From NCBI GenBank assembly GCA_964014485.1, contig CAXHAT010000053.1:1-41870 (forward strand): 41,870 bases of DNA, given 5' to 3'. The stretch's first letter is position 1, and the number at the start of each line of letters is the position of its first letter. This document shows, piece after piece, positions 27,902 through 37,349 of this stretch. The DNA is from an uncultured Deferribacteres bacterium. Lineage in GTDB: Bacteria > Zhuqueibacterota > Zhuqueibacteria > Zhuqueibacterales > Geothermadaptataceae. Below the pieces are notes generated by a model, which made no database searches, was not told where the DNA came from, and saw only the letters and a list, made by a program, of their open reading frames with translations. The position numbers were made by a program, and so were the translations under genes.

Positions 27902-29275
27902 TTAATTCTTACGCACAAGAACGAGGTAGCCCCAAGGTTCTAACTCTGTGGAAACAACGCCGTCAAGCACGACTTCTTCGCCGTCAAAAAGGGAGCTGTA
28001 ACTCCCCCGCCACTTCGCCTTTTCGATCTCGAACGATGAGTGTTCCCCTTTAAAGTTTATGGCTACGATGACTTGATCAACATCGTTTTCTCGTGAAAAA
28101 ACAAGCACGTTCTTTTCGGTTTTATGAGAAACCAAATCGACGGCCCCGCTCTTCTTGCCATTCCAAAGCGCGGTGTTATTTCGCTTCAATTGAATTAATT
28201 TCCGATAAAGCGCTCGAAACGGGTGTTCCCGCCAATCGATCCGGTCTTTTTCAAAAAAGGCAAGACGCTTGTTTAGGCCTGCTTCTTGTCCGCTGTAAAT
28301 CAGCGGCATTCCGGGGATCGTCGCCGAAAACACAGCGAATGCCGCTGCTGCGTCGCCCAATCTTTCGAAGACCGTACCGTTCCAGGAATTTTCGTCGTGA
28401 TTGGTGGTGAACTGCATCCGAAAATCGTTCGCACCATACATGCGTTGCTCTTTTTTAAGCGCGGCTGCCAATGCATTGGCAGTCTTTTGTCCTTGCGCGA
28501 CATCCTTCATCAAATGATGCGTTGACCACGAATAAGTCATGTCAAAAGCTTGATGGAGTTCCGGTTCCCACGCTTCCGCAAGCATGAACAAAGGTTTAAT
28601 TTCTTCTAATTCTTTTCGCGCTTGCAGCCAAAACTCAAGCGGAACCATACCGGCGACGTCGCAGCGAAAGCCGTCAACGTCGAATTCTCGCACCCAAAAC
28701 GCCATCGCTTCAATCATTGCATTCCAGAGCGGCTTTTCATCGTAATTTAGATCAATAACATCCGACCAATCCGCGACCGGCGGCGTAAAATTTCCATTTG
28801 TATCGCGCGTGTACCATTCCGGGTGCTCTAACGTCCAATGATGATCCCACGCCGTGTGATTCGCTACCCAATCGATCATGACAAACATGCCATTGGCGTG
28901 TATCTTTTTGACGAGAGCGGCAAATTCTTCAGCAGCGCCGTATGCCGGACTTATTGCCTGATAATCTCGAATCGAGTAATAACTGCCTAAACCGCCTTTC
29001 CGATTTTTCTCGCCGATCGGCTGTAACGGCATAAACCAGAGAATCTTCACACCCAGTTCTTTGAGTTCAGGCAAGCGTTTTTCGAACGCTTGCAATGTTC
29101 CTTCATCTGTAAATTGGCGCACGTTCACTTCGTAGATCGAGGCGTCGTAGCTCCAATCCGGCGGAGAAAATTGTTGGACGTTCTGAGTCGATGGATTTGA
29201 ATTGCATGCACAAAAAATGAGAGCAGTGATGAAGATCAGAATGGAATGAATGCGATTAACATTTTTGTCGAGCAC
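27902..29275 (-). CDS. GH13 alpha-amylase family protein, probable lipoprotein
   Basis: IYEVNVRQF, DWVANH, DGFRCDVA, LAEAW, TNHD; lipobox-like FCAC; GAGGA before GTG 29275 (track start 29350). Confidence 0.92.
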   Translation of the reverse strand: MLDKNVNRIHSILIFITALIFCACNSNPSTQNVQQFSPPDWSYDASIYEVNVRQFTDEGTLQAFEKRLPELKELGVKILWFMPLQPIGEKNRKGGLGSYYSIRDYQAISPAYGAAEEFAALVKKIHANGMFVMIDWVANHTAWDHHWTLEHPEWYTRDTNGNFTPPVADWSDVIDLNYDEKPLWNAMIEAMAFWVREFDVDGFRCDVAGMVPLEFWLQARKELEEIKPLFMLAEAWEPELHQAFDMTYSWSTHHLMKDVAQGQKTANALAAALKKEQRMYGANDFRMQFTTNHDENSWNGTVFERLGDAAAAFAVFSATIPGMPLIYSGQEAGLNKRLAFFEKDRIDWREHPFRALYRKLIQLKRNNTALWNGKKSGAVDLVSHKTEKNVLVFSRENDVDQVIVAINFKGEHSSFEIEKAKWRGSYSSLFDGEEVVLDGVVSTELEPWGYLVLVRKN

Positions 29276-29457
29276 TTTGTCCTCATACTTGTGGAATTTT
29301 GGCGGGGAATCGTTCAAGGATGGTCGAAACGGAAACGGGCGGACGCACATCTACAGCGCATCCGCCCGAGACATTTTTCAAAACGGAAGTTTTCTTGCAA
29401 CCTACCGGCTGCCATTATATAAGCGCAGGAGCGCTTAGACCAAATTAGGCTCTGAGC

Positions 29458-29646
29458 TCAAGCGAGTACTTTTTTCGCTCTGTCAAAACGCTCTTTCCCA
29501 ACTTCTTCTTCTTCATCGTATGCCGGAGCAACAAATTTATCGGGACGTTGCGCCATTTGCCGGAATTCCATAATTGTGAATCCTACGCCGACCAACAAGA
29601 GCACGCCCACAAAAGCGCCAACGAGAAGAATAGTAAATTGATCCAT
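29458..29646 (-). CDS. Small single-TM membrane protein
   Basis: 62 aa, AGGAGG RBS, one TM then EFRQM; similar to the N-terminal part of 29988-30257. Confidence 0.8.
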   Translation of the reverse strand: MDQFTILLVGAFVGVLLLVGVGFTIMEFRQMAQRPDKFVAPAYDEEEEVGKERFDRAKKVLA

Positions 29647-29987
29647 GATAGCCTCCTGATAAGGATATGATTCTTATACGACTGGATAAAACTCTATATT
29701 CTGGAGCAATATCTGAGAAGAATGATCTATCTTGAGAGAATCTTTTGGATCGAGTGTTAATTCTATTGCAAATCAACGAGCTATGCGTTGTTATGCACAG
29801 GTGAGTTCTTCTTGAGAAGCGGGCGAGATCGGCTCCGGTACGGGAGGTGGTATTTTCTAATGCAGTGCGCTAAAGTAGATTTCCGTTCTAATGGAACAAA
29901 GAACTCATTATCGTTAAAATTGATATTAAAATATATCGCCAATTATCATTATATGGCAATCTTTTTTTCAGTTAAGGCTAAAAAAAA

Positions 29988-30257
29988 TCAGTTTTTCGAA
30001 CTCATCATCCGAAAATACAACCCTAAAACCAAATTTGAAGGCACCCAAATTCCGACAAAAATACCGTACTCCTGTTTTACAAAGAACCACAGGTAATTTG
30101 CAAAAAGAAAAGCGACTAAAGCAGCGGCGAGAAAGAAGTAATCGGAGTTTTTGAAATGCTGCAGACGATACTCTCGCAGAGTCAAAGTTATCCCGCCAAG
30201 TAAAAACAAGAGGCTAAACAGTCCGAAAACTAAAATGCCAATATTTTCCATTTCCAA
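29988..30257 (-). CDS. Small 3-TM membrane protein (fusion of two neighbouring small-protein types)
   Basis: N-part resembles 29458-29646; C-part FLFANYLWF...GIFVGIWVPSN matches 30271-30459. Confidence 0.8.
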   Translation of the reverse strand: MEMENIGILVFGLFSLLFLLGGITLTLREYRLQHFKNSDYFFLAAALVAFLFANYLWFFVKQEYGIFVGIWVPSNLVLGLYFRMMSSKN

Positions 30258-30270
30258 GCCTCAGTTTAAG

Positions 30271-30459
30271 TTAACGGCCCTTTCTTCTTTCCGACGTTGT
30301 GCTAACTCGTCGAAAGTACATTGCGAGAATGAGATTTGACGGCACCCAGAGGCCCACGAAAAGCCCCGCCTTTGCATCAACTGTGAACCAAAGATGGTTC
30401 GCAAACAAAAATGCCGCAAACGCAGAAATCAAAAAGAAAATGTCTGCTCGCTGGAACAT
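30271..30459 (-). CDS. Small 2-TM membrane protein
   Basis: FLFANHLWF...GLFVGLWVPSN; starts 32 nt after the oxidase subunit II stop. Confidence 0.8.
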   Translation of the reverse strand: MFQRADIFFLISAFAAFLFANHLWFTVDAKAGLFVGLWVPSNLILAMYFRRVSTTSERRKGR

Positions 30460-30491
30460 TTCTCATTACTCCCAAAATGCTTGAGTCTTGC

Positions 30492-31268
30492 CTACCATTC
30501 TTCTTCGCCAGGATCGCCCAATTCAGACGCCTTCTGATCAAGCCACGCTTGAAAATCCGCTTGCGATTGCACATTGAAAAAACCGCGCATTCTGTAGTGC
30601 CCCAATCCGCAAAGCTGGGCGCAGGCGATTTCCCAATTTCCTGTTTGAGTCGCTTCAAATGAAACAGGAATAACCAAGCCCGGAATCGCGTCTTGCATGA
30701 CGCGCATTTCCGTAAGCCTAAAACTATGGATCACATCTTTGCTGCTAAGCTGCACGAGTACCTTCGTATCGACGGGGACATTTAACGTGTTGATGGTCGT
30801 AATATCGTCAGCGGCGGCGGGGTCCTCACGATCAAGGCCGAGGGGATTGATTTCTTCATCCAATAGATTGACGTCAGTCTTGCCAAATACGCCATCCGCT
30901 CCCGGGTAGTGGATATTCCATGCAAATTGTTGCGCAACAACCCGAACTTCAACCACGCCCTCCGCGCCGGATTCGGGGTGATCGGTCATCACGTCCGCCC
31001 AAATTGGAATGGCAAAACCGAGCAACAACACAGCTTCAATAACAACAATTCCAGCTTCGGTATATGTTGAAACGTGGCTTTTAACACCCTGATAATTAGC
31101 ATTTGGATTTTTGCTGCTACGAAACCTGAAAAGCGTATAAATAAAGAAAACGCCCCAGCCGACAAAGAGAAGCAACATCAACCAATGCAGCAGGCCAATC
31201 ATATTGTCGATTTCCGCGCCATGCGTTGAAGCGTTTAAGGGCAAACCAAGAAGTTTATCCAGTCCCAT
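30492..31268 (-). CDS. coxB: Heme-copper oxidase subunit II (CuA)
   Basis: Two TM segments, AQQFAW, SKDVIHSF, DAIPG, CAQLCGLGHYRM; no CxxCH. Confidence 0.93.
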   Translation of the reverse strand: MGLDKLLGLPLNASTHGAEIDNMIGLLHWLMLLLFVGWGVFFIYTLFRFRSSKNPNANYQGVKSHVSTYTEAGIVVIEAVLLLGFAIPIWADVMTDHPESGAEGVVEVRVVAQQFAWNIHYPGADGVFGKTDVNLLDEEINPLGLDREDPAAADDITTINTLNVPVDTKVLVQLSSKDVIHSFRLTEMRVMQDAIPGLVIPVSFEATQTGNWEIACAQLCGLGHYRMRGFFNVQSQADFQAWLDQKASELGDPGEEEW

Positions 31269-31326
31269 TTACCAAGACCTCCTCAATCAAATCTGACGAA
31301 TCGTCTCCGTCATTATATCTAATCAC

Positions 31327-31572
31327 TTATTTTGCAACACTGTTTCTTGCATTTTTTCGCAAATGCAGAAAAAACATTGTGAACAAACTCAACACAGCGC
31401 CGGTGACGCCCAAAAGTGTGAAAATCGCCATGTTCATTCCCGCCGTCATCGGCGTTTCAACATTGCCGTAGCAAACCGGGCAACTCATCAAATTGCTCGG
31501 CAACAAAACGAGCACACCCAAAATCACGACGGAAATGAAACGGAAAAATCGCCCAAAAGAAGCCATGATCAT
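31327..31572 (-). CDS. Small membrane protein with CxxC
   Basis: Signal/TM segment, CPVCYG, Met-rich PMTAGMNMA, second TM; inside the oxidase operon. Confidence 0.75.
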   Translation of the reverse strand: MIMASFGRFFRFISVVILGVLVLLPSNLMSCPVCYGNVETPMTAGMNMAIFTLLGVTGAVLSLFTMFFLHLRKNARNSVAK

Positions 31573-31581
31573 CGATTCCTT

Positions 31582-31782
31582 TTAGTCAATATTTTTGAGT
31601 TTTTTAAGAAACGTCACTCCGTATACCACCAATCCAGCGGCAAAAACGAACGAAAGAATCGCAGCAATAAGATAGCCGCCGCTTTTGGAGTCGCCATAAA
31701 TATTCCAACTCCAAATCCCTGCAAATATGCAAGCAATTGTCGCGATTACGATAAAAAAAATGTGAAAATTCTTCAGTGACAC
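31582..31782 (-). CDS. Small 2-TM membrane protein in the oxidase operon
   Basis: MSLKNFHIFFI start; GTG start abuts the subunit IV stop. Confidence 0.75.
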   Translation of the reverse strand: MSLKNFHIFFIVIATIACIFAGIWSWNIYGDSKSGGYLIAAILSFVFAAGLVVYGVTFLKKLKNID

Positions 31783-31783
31783 G

Positions 31784-32092
31784 TCAAATTTTTCCCAGTT
31801 GATCGCCTTGCGCCGCGAGGAAAATAAGAAGCATCGCGGCGAAAAAAACGCCCGTCAGGATTAAAATCCAATAGATGAGTTTTTTTTCTGAAATGAGATG
31901 CATAAAATATGAACCGACTAAGGAGGCCTTCACGCTCGCAATAAAGAGCGCTAAGGCAACAGTCGCAGTCAGGTTCATCTCAATGTAAGATGCGCCAACA
32001 GTTACGACAGTCAAAATGGCCAATGCAACGAATACAATGATATAAGTTCGGACGTGTTTTTGAATATCTTCAGCGTGAGCGTCGCCCATCAT
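31784..32092 (-). CDS. Cytochrome c oxidase subunit IV family protein
   Basis: YIIVFVALAILT, IASVKASLV..YFMHL; 3 TM segments. Confidence 0.88.
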   Translation of the reverse strand: MMGDAHAEDIQKHVRTYIIVFVALAILTVVTVGASYIEMNLTATVALALFIASVKASLVGSYFMHLISEKKLIYWILILTGVFFAAMLLIFLAAQGDQLGKI

Positions 32093-32110
32093 CAATCCTC
32101 CTCGAAAATT

Positions 32111-32707
32111 TTAGAGCAAATAAAGAATCGGGAACAAGAAAATCCACACAAGATCGACAAAGTGCCAGTAAAGTCCGGCCACTTCGATTCGGTTTGCGAA
32201 TCGATCCGGTTCCGTCTTAAACATTTTTGATCCCGGGCCCCAGAAATAGCCGTTCACAATCATCCCGCCGATAACGTGCAGCCCGTGAAGTCCGGTCAAT
32301 GTAAAATATATTGCCAGAAAAGTGCTTGATGACGGGAGCAGCCCGCTCTCAAATTTTGAGTTGTACTCGAAGGCTTTGATGATGAGAAAAATAACGCCGC
32401 AAAGAAAAGTCAAACCCATGTAAAGCTTAAACTTCTTCAGATCGTTCATCTTAAGCGCGGCCCAAGACATCACCATGGTTACACTTGAGGTAATCAGAAC
32501 GAGTGTATTGACGAAGGCAATCGGGACGCTCAAAATATCCGACCCAAGCGGCCAGGTTCCTTCCGGCGCGCCGACGCGCAATAAAACATAGGACGAAAAA
32601 AGCGCGCCGAAGAGCATAACTTCCGACGCTAAAAACAGCCAGACGCCGAGCTTGGCGTTGTATACGCCGGTGTCTGGCCGGTTTTCTACAGTGTAGGGAA
32701 TTTCCAT
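32111..32707 (-). CDS. Heme-copper oxidase subunit III (short form)
   Basis: WLFLASEVMLFGALF, NTLVLITSS, TGLHGLHV, GLYWHFVDLVWIFLFP. Confidence 0.94.
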   Translation of the reverse strand: MEIPYTVENRPDTGVYNAKLGVWLFLASEVMLFGALFSSYVLLRVGAPEGTWPLGSDILSVPIAFVNTLVLITSSVTMVMSWAALKMNDLKKFKLYMGLTFLCGVIFLIIKAFEYNSKFESGLLPSSSTFLAIYFTLTGLHGLHVIGGMIVNGYFWGPGSKMFKTEPDRFANRIEVAGLYWHFVDLVWIFLFPILYLL

Positions 32708-32721
32708 CGTTTCAGGCTTCC

Positions 32722-34572
32722 TTATGCTTGGTTCTGCGGAGTGTAATCTGAATCTTCACCAGGGACGCTGTATTCGTAAGGACCGCGATGCACGTCCGGG
32801 ACGGTCGCGAAGTTCCCGTGCGGCGGCGGAGAAGGCGCCGCCCATTCAAGCGTGGTCGCCTGCCAGGGATTATCATCGACTTTTTCACCTTTTTTGATGC
32901 TCAGGAAAAAGTTTATGATAAAAGGAATTTGCATGATACCAAGGATGAAGGCCGAAATGGACATGAATTCATTCCAATGCAATGTTTCTTGCGCATGCGC
33001 GTAAGAAGCGCCGCCGTCATAAAGCCTCCGCGAAACGCCGGCCAAGCCTTGGATAAACATCGGCATAAAGACGCCGTTCATCGTAATTATCGTTCCCCAG
33101 AAGTGAATCTTCCCTAGCCTGTCATTCATTTTTCGACCTGTTATTTTCGGGAACCAGTAATATATTCCCGCAAACATTGCGAGGATGGTTCCCGGCGCGA
33201 CAACGTAATGGAAGTGGCCAATAACGTAGTAGGTGTCGTGGAGATGAATGTCGGGCGGCGCAAGCCCCAACGGCAGTCCCGTGAGTCCGCCGATGCCGAA
33301 CATCGGCAGGAAACCCAGCGCAAAGAGCATTGGCGTTGTGAACCGAATCGATCCGCCCCAGAGCGAAATGAACAATGCTGAAAGAATGACAACGGACGGA
33401 ATCGAAATAATCATTGTCGTCGTTTGGAAGAAAGCGCTGATTGCGTTGCCCATGCCCGTCAGGAACATATGGTGCGCCCAAACGATGAATGACATGAATC
33501 CGAGGAAGATCACGGAATAGACCATCGACTTATACCCCCAAAGCGGCTTGCGCGTGTTGTTCGCGATGATCTCAGCGACAATGCCTAAGGCCGGAAGAAT
33601 CAAGACGTAGACTTCGGGGTGCGCGAGGAACCAAAACAAATGCTGCCAAAGCAACGGGCTGCCGCCGCCGGTGGCTTCAAGAATCTGACCACTCACGACG
33701 AGCCCGCTGGGCAGGAAAAAGCTTGTTCCTGCAAGCCGATCCATCAATTGAAAAATCGCCGCGGCTTGTAGTGGAGGAAATGCAAGGAGTAACAGGAAAG
33801 AAGTGACAAACTGGGACCATACAAAAAATGGAAAGCGCATGTAGGAGAGGCCGTTTGCACGAACTTGAATCACAGTCACAATAAAATTGATTGAACCGAG
33901 CAGCGACGACGCGATCAAAAAGATCATGCCGATCAGCCAGACCGTCTGACCGGTTGTCGCGATGTCGGAAAGGGGCGCATAAGAAGTCCAGCCGGAATTT
34001 GCTGCACCGCCCGGCACAAAAAAGCTGTACAGCATGACCAAGCCGCCGACGAAAAAGCACCAGTAGCTTGCCATGTTGATTTTCGGGAAAGCCATGTCCG
34101 GTGCGCCGAGTTGTAAGGGCATCACAAAGTTTCCGAAAGCGCCGACGGCCAGCGGTACGATGCCCATAAAAACCATAATCGTGCCGTGCATTGCGCCGAG
34201 CGAGTTATAAAACTCCGGCAGCATAATGCCGCCCGGCATGCCGTCATTTCCGGCGACTAAATACCAAATCAGTCCTGATGCGGCCAGAAAAATCCCGCCC
34301 ATCATTGTGATCATTGGGCGTTTTCCCAAGCCGATAACAATGCCGACTATGCCCATTAGGGCGAAAAGTCCTACAAATGGCCATGTTGGAACGGGTTCGC
34401 CTGGGTAGGCCAATTGCCAGCGCATCAACATGATCAGCGTAAAGCCGAAAAACAGGAAAAACAGTGCGGTTATGCCGTACTGAACGCCGATGACTTTGTG
34501 ATCGGTGGAGAAAACATACTTTTCCCAGAACCCCAATTCTTCGTGGTGTGCGTGGTTTCCACTCTCTCCCAT
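32722..34572 (-). CDS. coxA: Heme-copper oxidase subunit I, A1-type
   Basis: STDHKVIG, MHGTIM, GAPDMAFP, WFLAHPEVY, VWAHHMF, GGLTG, HDTYYVIGHFHY. Confidence 0.96.
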   Translation of the reverse strand: MGESGNHAHHEELGFWEKYVFSTDHKVIGVQYGITALFFLFFGFTLIMLMRWQLAYPGEPVPTWPFVGLFALMGIVGIVIGLGKRPMITMMGGIFLAASGLIWYLVAGNDGMPGGIMLPEFYNSLGAMHGTIMVFMGIVPLAVGAFGNFVMPLQLGAPDMAFPKINMASYWCFFVGGLVMLYSFFVPGGAANSGWTSYAPLSDIATTGQTVWLIGMIFLIASSLLGSINFIVTVIQVRANGLSYMRFPFFVWSQFVTSFLLLLAFPPLQAAAIFQLMDRLAGTSFFLPSGLVVSGQILEATGGGSPLLWQHLFWFLAHPEVYVLILPALGIVAEIIANNTRKPLWGYKSMVYSVIFLGFMSFIVWAHHMFLTGMGNAISAFFQTTTMIISIPSVVILSALFISLWGGSIRFTTPMLFALGFLPMFGIGGLTGLPLGLAPPDIHLHDTYYVIGHFHYVVAPGTILAMFAGIYYWFPKITGRKMNDRLGKIHFWGTIITMNGVFMPMFIQGLAGVSRRLYDGGASYAHAQETLHWNEFMSISAFILGIMQIPFIINFFLSIKKGEKVDDNPWQATTLEWAAPSPPPHGNFATVPDVHRGPYEYSVPGEDSDYTPQNQA

Positions 34573-34788
34573 AACAAGCTTCGCTCTCTGTTACTGTCGT
34601 TTCCCTCTTCCAATAAAGCGCGGCTGATTTTGACGACGAATATCAGTGGGGCAGTGCAAAGTTGTAGCGGGTGCGGCGAAAACCAGTCACGTAGTTTTTT
34701 GAACGGACAGACTGTATGTTTTAAGGCTGCAGACTGATAATCATTTTCAAAATCTTACCTACAGTCCATTTGTCTACAGCCCTTGAGT

Positions 34789-35550
34789 CTACTTCTTGCT
34801 CGGTCTTTTGAAAGTAAAGTCTTGCGTCGCCGTCTCACCTGCCTTGACAGTGACAGTTGCGGTTACAGTTTTCAGCCTTTCGTGCCAAGCTTCAATTTCA
34901 TAGGTGCCGGGCTCAAGACCAGAAATCGTATATTTCCCATCTTTCGCGGTTACGTTGAAAAACGGATGGGGCATTACGGCCATGTAAGCTTGCATCCAAG
35001 GGTGAACGTCACATTTGACGACGAATTTGTCTTCTTCAACCTTATCAAACTTCTTGGTCGTTTCCGTCACTGTTTTCGGCATCGCCAAATTAAATCCGCG
35101 GTTGACTTTCGGCAGCGGATGGACGTTGTGCAACACGCCGTCCGAGTTCAAGAATTTGATGTCTTGTCCCGCCATGACGCCAAAAACATGCGGGTCATAA
35201 ACGCAGCCTTCCTGATCTACGACGACCGGTTCTTTTGGAGGATCGTAAGACGTTTTAGACAGGCCGCTTTTCACACGAACAAAAATATTGCCCATTGTGT
35301 TACCGTCGCCGAGCACTAACGCTTGCGATTTCGCGCCGCTCGAATGTTTGGCCGCACAAGTCGGCTCCGCGCCCATGTCGATGGTACGCAATCTTGGAAC
35401 AGCGCCTTCGTAAGTTACCGTGCCGCTGATCGTTGCACCCGCTGCGGGAGCTTCTTTAGCCTCTTCCTCCCCCAACTCGACATAGATAAAACCCATTAAC
35501 GTAAAGCTGACAAAAGCGAGAAGCAGTGCGGACAACGTTCTTTTTTTCAT
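34789..35550 (-). CDS. Exported cupredoxin-like protein embedded in a carboxypeptidase-regulatory-like fold
   Basis: Signal/TM segment; DQEGCVYDPH, LHNVH, KCDVHPWM, GLEPGTYEIEAWHE; AGGAG spacing favours ATG 35550. Confidence 0.8.
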   Translation of the reverse strand: MKKRTLSALLLAFVSFTLMGFIYVELGEEEAKEAPAAGATISGTVTYEGAVPRLRTIDMGAEPTCAAKHSSGAKSQALVLGDGNTMGNIFVRVKSGLSKTSYDPPKEPVVVDQEGCVYDPHVFGVMAGQDIKFLNSDGVLHNVHPLPKVNRGFNLAMPKTVTETTKKFDKVEEDKFVVKCDVHPWMQAYMAVMPHPFFNVTAKDGKYTISGLEPGTYEIEAWHERLKTVTATVTVKAGETATQDFTFKRPSKK

Positions 35551-35810
35551 GTTCAATTTCTCCTGGTTAAAGTCGTTTATTTGTCTTTAAAAAAGAAGAT
35601 CATCAATCAGATTAAATAAAGTAAATTCGCCTTTAAGTTTTGTCAAGAGACTTTTTACAAATGCTTGTTTTTGAAGATATTAAACTCACGTATTACTTAT
35701 CCTGATCATAAGCCAATCTTCGCGTTCAATAAAAATTATTGATTGAATTTGAAAAATTTAAATATAAGTGAGCTGTAAGCGAAAACCAAACCCTTTTTGG
35801 GCAAACATTC

Positions 35811-36332
35811 TTACAGCCCATACTTCCCCTTTACAGATTCGAGCATTTCTAAATCGATCTCTTTCCGCCCGATTTCTTTTGCAAACTGCTCTATACTTTT
35901 TTTGACCATTGGGCGTACAAAATCCGGAATGCGCGCCATCCGCTCTTCCGCTTGCTCGGTCCAATTCACCTCTGATTGAGGTTTTTCGAACGCTTCGGTA
36001 ACCATCCCCGTGAACGGACATTTCGAACCAGAGGCTGATTCCGACGGCTTGTGCTCATCATGATGACTTGGCGTCGTTGGGTGACCTGAACCATTTTCTA
36101 CGCCGTTTGACAATGAAGCGCGCACGTTTTCCATCGGCTCATGCGCAACTGGTTTGCCGCCAATCTTGACGCCCAAAGAACGCACCATCTGGGTTTCCAT
36201 CGCGTTCGTCAGCATCGCGACTTCGCGCGAACATTTGGGGCAACCGAAAATGACCGTCATCGAGCCTTCGTCTGGCCCGCGTGTTTCTTGCAATTTCATC
36301 GCTTCGTCACATTCAACGCATAAAAATTTCAT
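35811..36332 (-). CDS. Zn-ribbon plus PCP_red-like domain protein
   Basis: CVEC...CPKC, His-rich linker, KCPF, C-terminal WTEQAEERMARIPDFVRPMVKKSIEQFA. Confidence 0.8.
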   Translation of the reverse strand: MKFLCVECDEAMKLQETRGPDEGSMTVIFGCPKCSREVAMLTNAMETQMVRSLGVKIGGKPVAHEPMENVRASLSNGVENGSGHPTTPSHHDEHKPSESASGSKCPFTGMVTEAFEKPQSEVNWTEQAEERMARIPDFVRPMVKKSIEQFAKEIGRKEIDLEMLESVKGKYGL

Positions 36333-36364
36333 GCTCTATCTCCAATTCGCCAAATTAAGATATC

Positions 36365-36426
36365 AACGCAGAGTTCGCAAAATCGCAGAGTTTTTAAATT
36401 CTCTGCGCCTCAGCGAACTCTGCGTT
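36365..36426. repeat. REP-like nested palindrome (CGCAGAG type)
   Basis: AACGCAGAGTTCGC / GCGAACTCTGCGTT outer stem and CGCAGAG / CTCTGCG inner stem. Confidence 0.65.
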
Positions 36427-36445
36427 AAAACTCACTCTTCTAATT

Positions 36446-37327
36446 TTAAACCAGGCTTTTGATACAATTTGCAATTCTGAGTATTTCCTTCGCTGCCACA
36501 GAATCTGCATTCGCTTCTAAAAAACCCTCTCCCGAATCCGCCGCCAAAGCAATGTGCGGATCGAACGGAATTTTACCAAGAATCGACGTTTCGAATTTTT
36601 CCGCCAATTCGTCAACCCCGCCGGACGAAAAAAGCGTTTTCTGTTCGCCGCATTTGGCGCAAATATAGGCCGACATATTTTCGACAATGCCCAAAATCGG
36701 CGTTTGCAAAAGCTGCTTCGCCATTGAAATCGATTTTCCGACGACGAATTGCGAAACCGCAGTAGGAAGCGTTACGACAACTACGCCTGAGAGTCTTGGC
36801 AGAATATCCGCAATATTCGGAAGCTTGTCCGAGCCGGGCGGCAGGTCGATCAACAAATAATCCAACTCACCCCAAACCGTATCGGCAACAAACTCGCGCA
36901 GAGCAACCGCTTCCATCATCCCGCGCCACGTAAAAGCGTCTTTTTGCGTCGGCGCGTCCCATAAAACCGGAGCGTCGTCTGATTGCAAAAAAAGGTCAGT
37001 GGACATGACCTTAATATCAGCAAACCCTGTTGCAGGGAAAACGCCATTGCCGTTTCTTCGTAAAGCCTGATCTTGCGCGCCGATCATTCTCGCGACGGAA
37101 GGGCCGTTAATATCTGCGTCTAATACCCCGACCGTCTTCCCTTGCATTGCAAACGCTGAAGCTAAATTCACGGTCACGGAGCTTTTGCCGACGCCGCCCT
37201 TGCCGCTCATCACAGCAACGATGCGCTTGACCGAAGCCATCCTTGCCTGAACCCGCGCAGCATGTTCTGTCACCTGCCCGACAACGTCCGAGCCGCCGTC
37301 GCCGACGATGTCTTTATAAGTTTTCAA
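36446..37327 (-). CDS. Mrp/NBP35 (ApbC) P-loop ATPase
   Basis: SGKGGVGKS, LDADINGPS, WRG, WGELDYLLIDLPPG, ENMS..CAKC, LGKIPFD. Confidence 0.93.
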   Translation of the reverse strand: MKTYKDIVGDGGSDVVGQVTEHAARVQARMASVKRIVAVMSGKGGVGKSSVTVNLASAFAMQGKTVGVLDADINGPSVARMIGAQDQALRRNGNGVFPATGFADIKVMSTDLFLQSDDAPVLWDAPTQKDAFTWRGMMEAVALREFVADTVWGELDYLLIDLPPGSDKLPNIADILPRLSGVVVVTLPTAVSQFVVGKSISMAKQLLQTPILGIVENMSAYICAKCGEQKTLFSSGGVDELAEKFETSILGKIPFDPHIALAADSGEGFLEANADSVAAKEILRIANCIKSLV

Positions 37328-37349
37328 AAAATTTTCTCTTGATTGACCA

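Noticed and set aside
35560..35810. FNR or Rex boxes upstream of the copper protein/oxidase genes, and at 40000-40210
   Set aside because: Only TTGTCAA/TTGAT half-sites were found; no complete TTGAT-N4-ATCAA or TTGTGAA-N4-TTCACAA.
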